64,000 nucleotides of DNA. Source: Candidatus Binatia bacterium (lineage in GTDB: Bacteria; Desulfobacterota; Binatia; Bin18). Below, piece after piece: positions 62,085 through 64,000 of this stretch. Position numbers and translations under genes: made by a program. Below the pieces are notes generated by a model. The model made no database searches, was not told the DNA's origin, and was given only the letters and a program-made list of their open reading frames with translations. Numbering within the stretch: the stretch's first letter is position 1; the number at the start of each line of letters is the position of its first letter. The stretch covers positions 64,001 to 128,000 of the forward strand of contig CAXXHG010000038.1 in assembly GCA_963666315.2 (NCBI GenBank). The letters are read 5' to 3'.

Positions 62085-64000
62085 CCACCATCGGCACTCC
62101 CGAACGAGTCACCCAGGACCGCGTCATCACACTCTTCCGGGAAGAGCTGGGCTACGACTATCTCGGCGACTGGCAAGATCGTGCCGACAACAGCAACATC
62201 GAAGAAGACCAGCTCACCGCCTATCTAAAAAAGACCGGCTACAGCGCAGAGCAAATTGCCAGGGCGCTGCACGCGCTTCGCACTGAAGCCAACAACCCGA
62301 ACCGCAGCCTCTACGACAACAACAAAACGGTCTATGGCCTACTCCGCTACGGCGTGCCCGTGAAAGCGGCGGCTGGCGAAAACACCGAAACCGTCAAACT
62401 CATCAATTGGGACGAGCCGGCAGCAAACGACTTCGCCCTTGCCCAAGAGGTTACCCTCAAAGGCAACCACGAACGCCGGCCTGACCTGGTGCTGTATATC
62501 AATGGCATCGCCGTGGGCGTCATCGAACTCAAGAACAGCCGCGTCTCCATTGGCGATGGTATTCGCCAGAACATCTCCAACCAGCAAAAAGAGTTTAACC
62601 AATGGTTCTTCGGTACCGTGCAATTCGTCTTTGCCGGCAATGACAGCGAGGGACTCAAATACGGCACCATTGGCACCCCGGAGAAATACTACCTTCAGTG
62701 GAAAGAAGACGAGGCCGACAATACCCGCTTCACGCTCGACAAATATCTACTCAAGATGTGCGCCAAGGACCGGCTCATCGAATTGATACACGACTTCGTG
62801 CTCTTTGACGGCGGGATCAAGAAACTGCCGCGCGTGCACCAGTATTTCGCCGTGAAGGCCGCCCAGCAGCGGGTCGATGAAGGGAAAGGCGGCATCATCT
62901 GGCATACCCAGGGCAGCGGCAAAAGCATCGTCATGGTGCTGCTGGCTAAATGGATGCTGGAGCACCAGCCCAACGCGCGGGTGGCCATCGTTACCGACCG
63001 CGACGATCTGGACAAACAGATCGAGAGTGTTTTCTCCGACGCCGGCGAGGACATCTACCGCACCCGCAATGGTAGCGACCTCATGACCCGGCTCGGCCAC
63101 GCCACGCCACGACTGATCTGCTCGCTGGTCCATAAGTTCGGCAAAAAGGAAGTCGATAATTTCGAGCAGTTCATCACAGAACTTGAGGCCCAGCCCTGCC
63201 ATACCGTCGGCGATATTTTCGTGTTCGTGGACGAGTGCCACCGCACGCAGAGCGGCAAGCTGCACCGCACCATGAAGGCAATCATGCCACACGCGGCGTT
63301 TATCGGCTTCACCGGCACGCCGCTGCTCAAGAAAGACCAGCAGACCAGCCTGGAAGTCTTTGGCCGCTATATCCATACCTACAAGTTCACCGAAGGGGTC
63401 GAGGACAAGGTGATCCTCGATCTGGTCTATGAGGCACGTGACATCGACCAGCGTATCGGTTCCGAAGACAACATCGACGCCTGGTTCGAGGCCAAGACCA
63501 GGGGTCTCAACGACTGGCAAAAAGGGGTGCTGCGCGAGCAGTGGGGCACGATGCAGCAGGTGCTCAGTTCCCGCTCTCGTATGGATAAAGTGGTGCAGAA
63601 CATCGAGCTTGATTTTGCGGTGAAGCCCCGGCTGGCCAATCAACGCGGCACGGCCATGCTCATCGCCGCCAGCATCTACGAAGCCTGCAAATACTTCGCG
63701 CTGTTCCAGCGCTCAACGCTCAAGGACAATTGCGCCGTGATCACGTCCTACAGCCCCCTGACACAAGACATCACCCTGGAGGACACCGGCGCCAATACCG
63801 AGACGGACAAGGAGTTCATTTACCATACCTACACCGAGCTACTGAAAAATATCGACGCGCGCCCGGGCAAGACCAAGACCGAGACCTACGAAGAGGATGC
63901 GAAAGACCTCTTCAAAAAGCAGCCGGCCAATATGAAGCTCCTGATAGTGGTAGACAAGCTGCTCACCGGCTTCGACGCGCCGAGCTGTACCTATCTCTAT
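62081..64000 (+). CDS. hsdR: Type I RM restriction subunit (3' end outside the window)
   Basis: RPDLVLYING..IELK, WHTQGSGKS, DECHR, GFTGTP, VVDKLLTGFDAP motifs. Confidence 0.95.
   Translation, partial: MTTIGTPERVTQDRVITLFREELGYDYLGDWQDRADNSNIEEDQLTAYLKKTGYSAEQIARALHALRTEANNPNRSLYDNNKTVYGLLRYGVPVKAAAGENTETVKLINWDEPAANDFALAQEVTLKGNHERRPDLVLYINGIAVGVIELKNSRVSIGDGIRQNISNQQKEFNQWFFGTVQFVFAGNDSEGLKYGTIGTPEKYYLQWKEDEADNTRFTLDKYLLKMCAKDRLIELIHDFVLFDGGIKKLPRVHQYFAVKAAQQRVDEGKGGIIWHTQGSGKSIVMVLLAKWMLEHQPNARVAIVTDRDDLDKQIESVFSDAGEDIYRTRNGSDLMTRLGHATPRLICSLVHKFGKKEVDNFEQFITELEAQPCHTVGDIFVFVDECHRTQSGKLHRTMKAIMPHAAFIGFTGTPLLKKDQQTSLEVFGRYIHTYKFTEGVEDKVILDLVYEARDIDQRIGSEDNIDAWFEAKTRGLNDWQKGVLREQWGTMQQVLSSRSRMDKVVQNIELDFAVKPRLANQRGTAMLIAASIYEACKYFALFQRSTLKDNCAVITSYSPLTQDITLEDTGANTETDKEFIYHTYTELLKNIDARPGKTKTETYEEDAKDLFKKQPANMKLLIVVDKLLTGFDAPSCTYLY

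Larger units (their letters stand above)
45544..64000. mobile_element. Integrative defence island 2 (right end outside the window)
   Basis: Starts with the same att and end sequence as island 1; cargo is defence-type genes. Confidence 0.65.

Noticed and set aside
1-64000. CRISPR array or cas genes
   Set aside because: No regularly spaced repeat-spacer series was seen. The GGCAGCAA repeats are too short and have no unique spacers. The Cas4-like nuclease domains belong to the TM0106 and DUF2779 proteins.

Overview
Bacterial chromosomal window in two parts. About 1-22 kb is mostly metabolic: a PLP decarboxylase, MBL hydrolase, MFS transporter, DsbA-like isomerase, flavin monooxygenase, P450 and amidase. 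It also holds a UGSC-motif selenoprotein that the ORF track splits at its UGA, plus REP/MITE-like repeats, toxin-antitoxin remnants and several pseudogenes. From about 22.3 kb to the end is a defence-island hotspot, read here as tandem elements integrated at tRNA-Ala(CGC). A 44-bp tRNA 3' half and about 500 bp of flank are directly repeated at 22279-22819 and 45540-46077. Element 1 (about 23.3 kb, tyrosine integrase at its right end) carries a TM0106 nuclease-helicase, a SNF2 / PLD-like / DUF1156 methylase / DUF499 ATPase restriction-like operon, small Cys-rich ORFs and remnants of BREX and type I RM. Element 2 runs off the window. It carries a GIY-YIG-like nuclease with two YaaA/DUF6884-like genes, a DUF2779 nuclease, a membrane-anchored SNF2 helicase, a GmrSD-Schlafen fusion and a type I RM locus with two tandem hsdS cassettes. 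In that locus a 19-bp duplication fuses hsdS2 in frame to hsdR. All family assignments come from motif recognition by eye, not database searches. Several single-base frameshifts lie in short homopolymers and may be sequencing errors.
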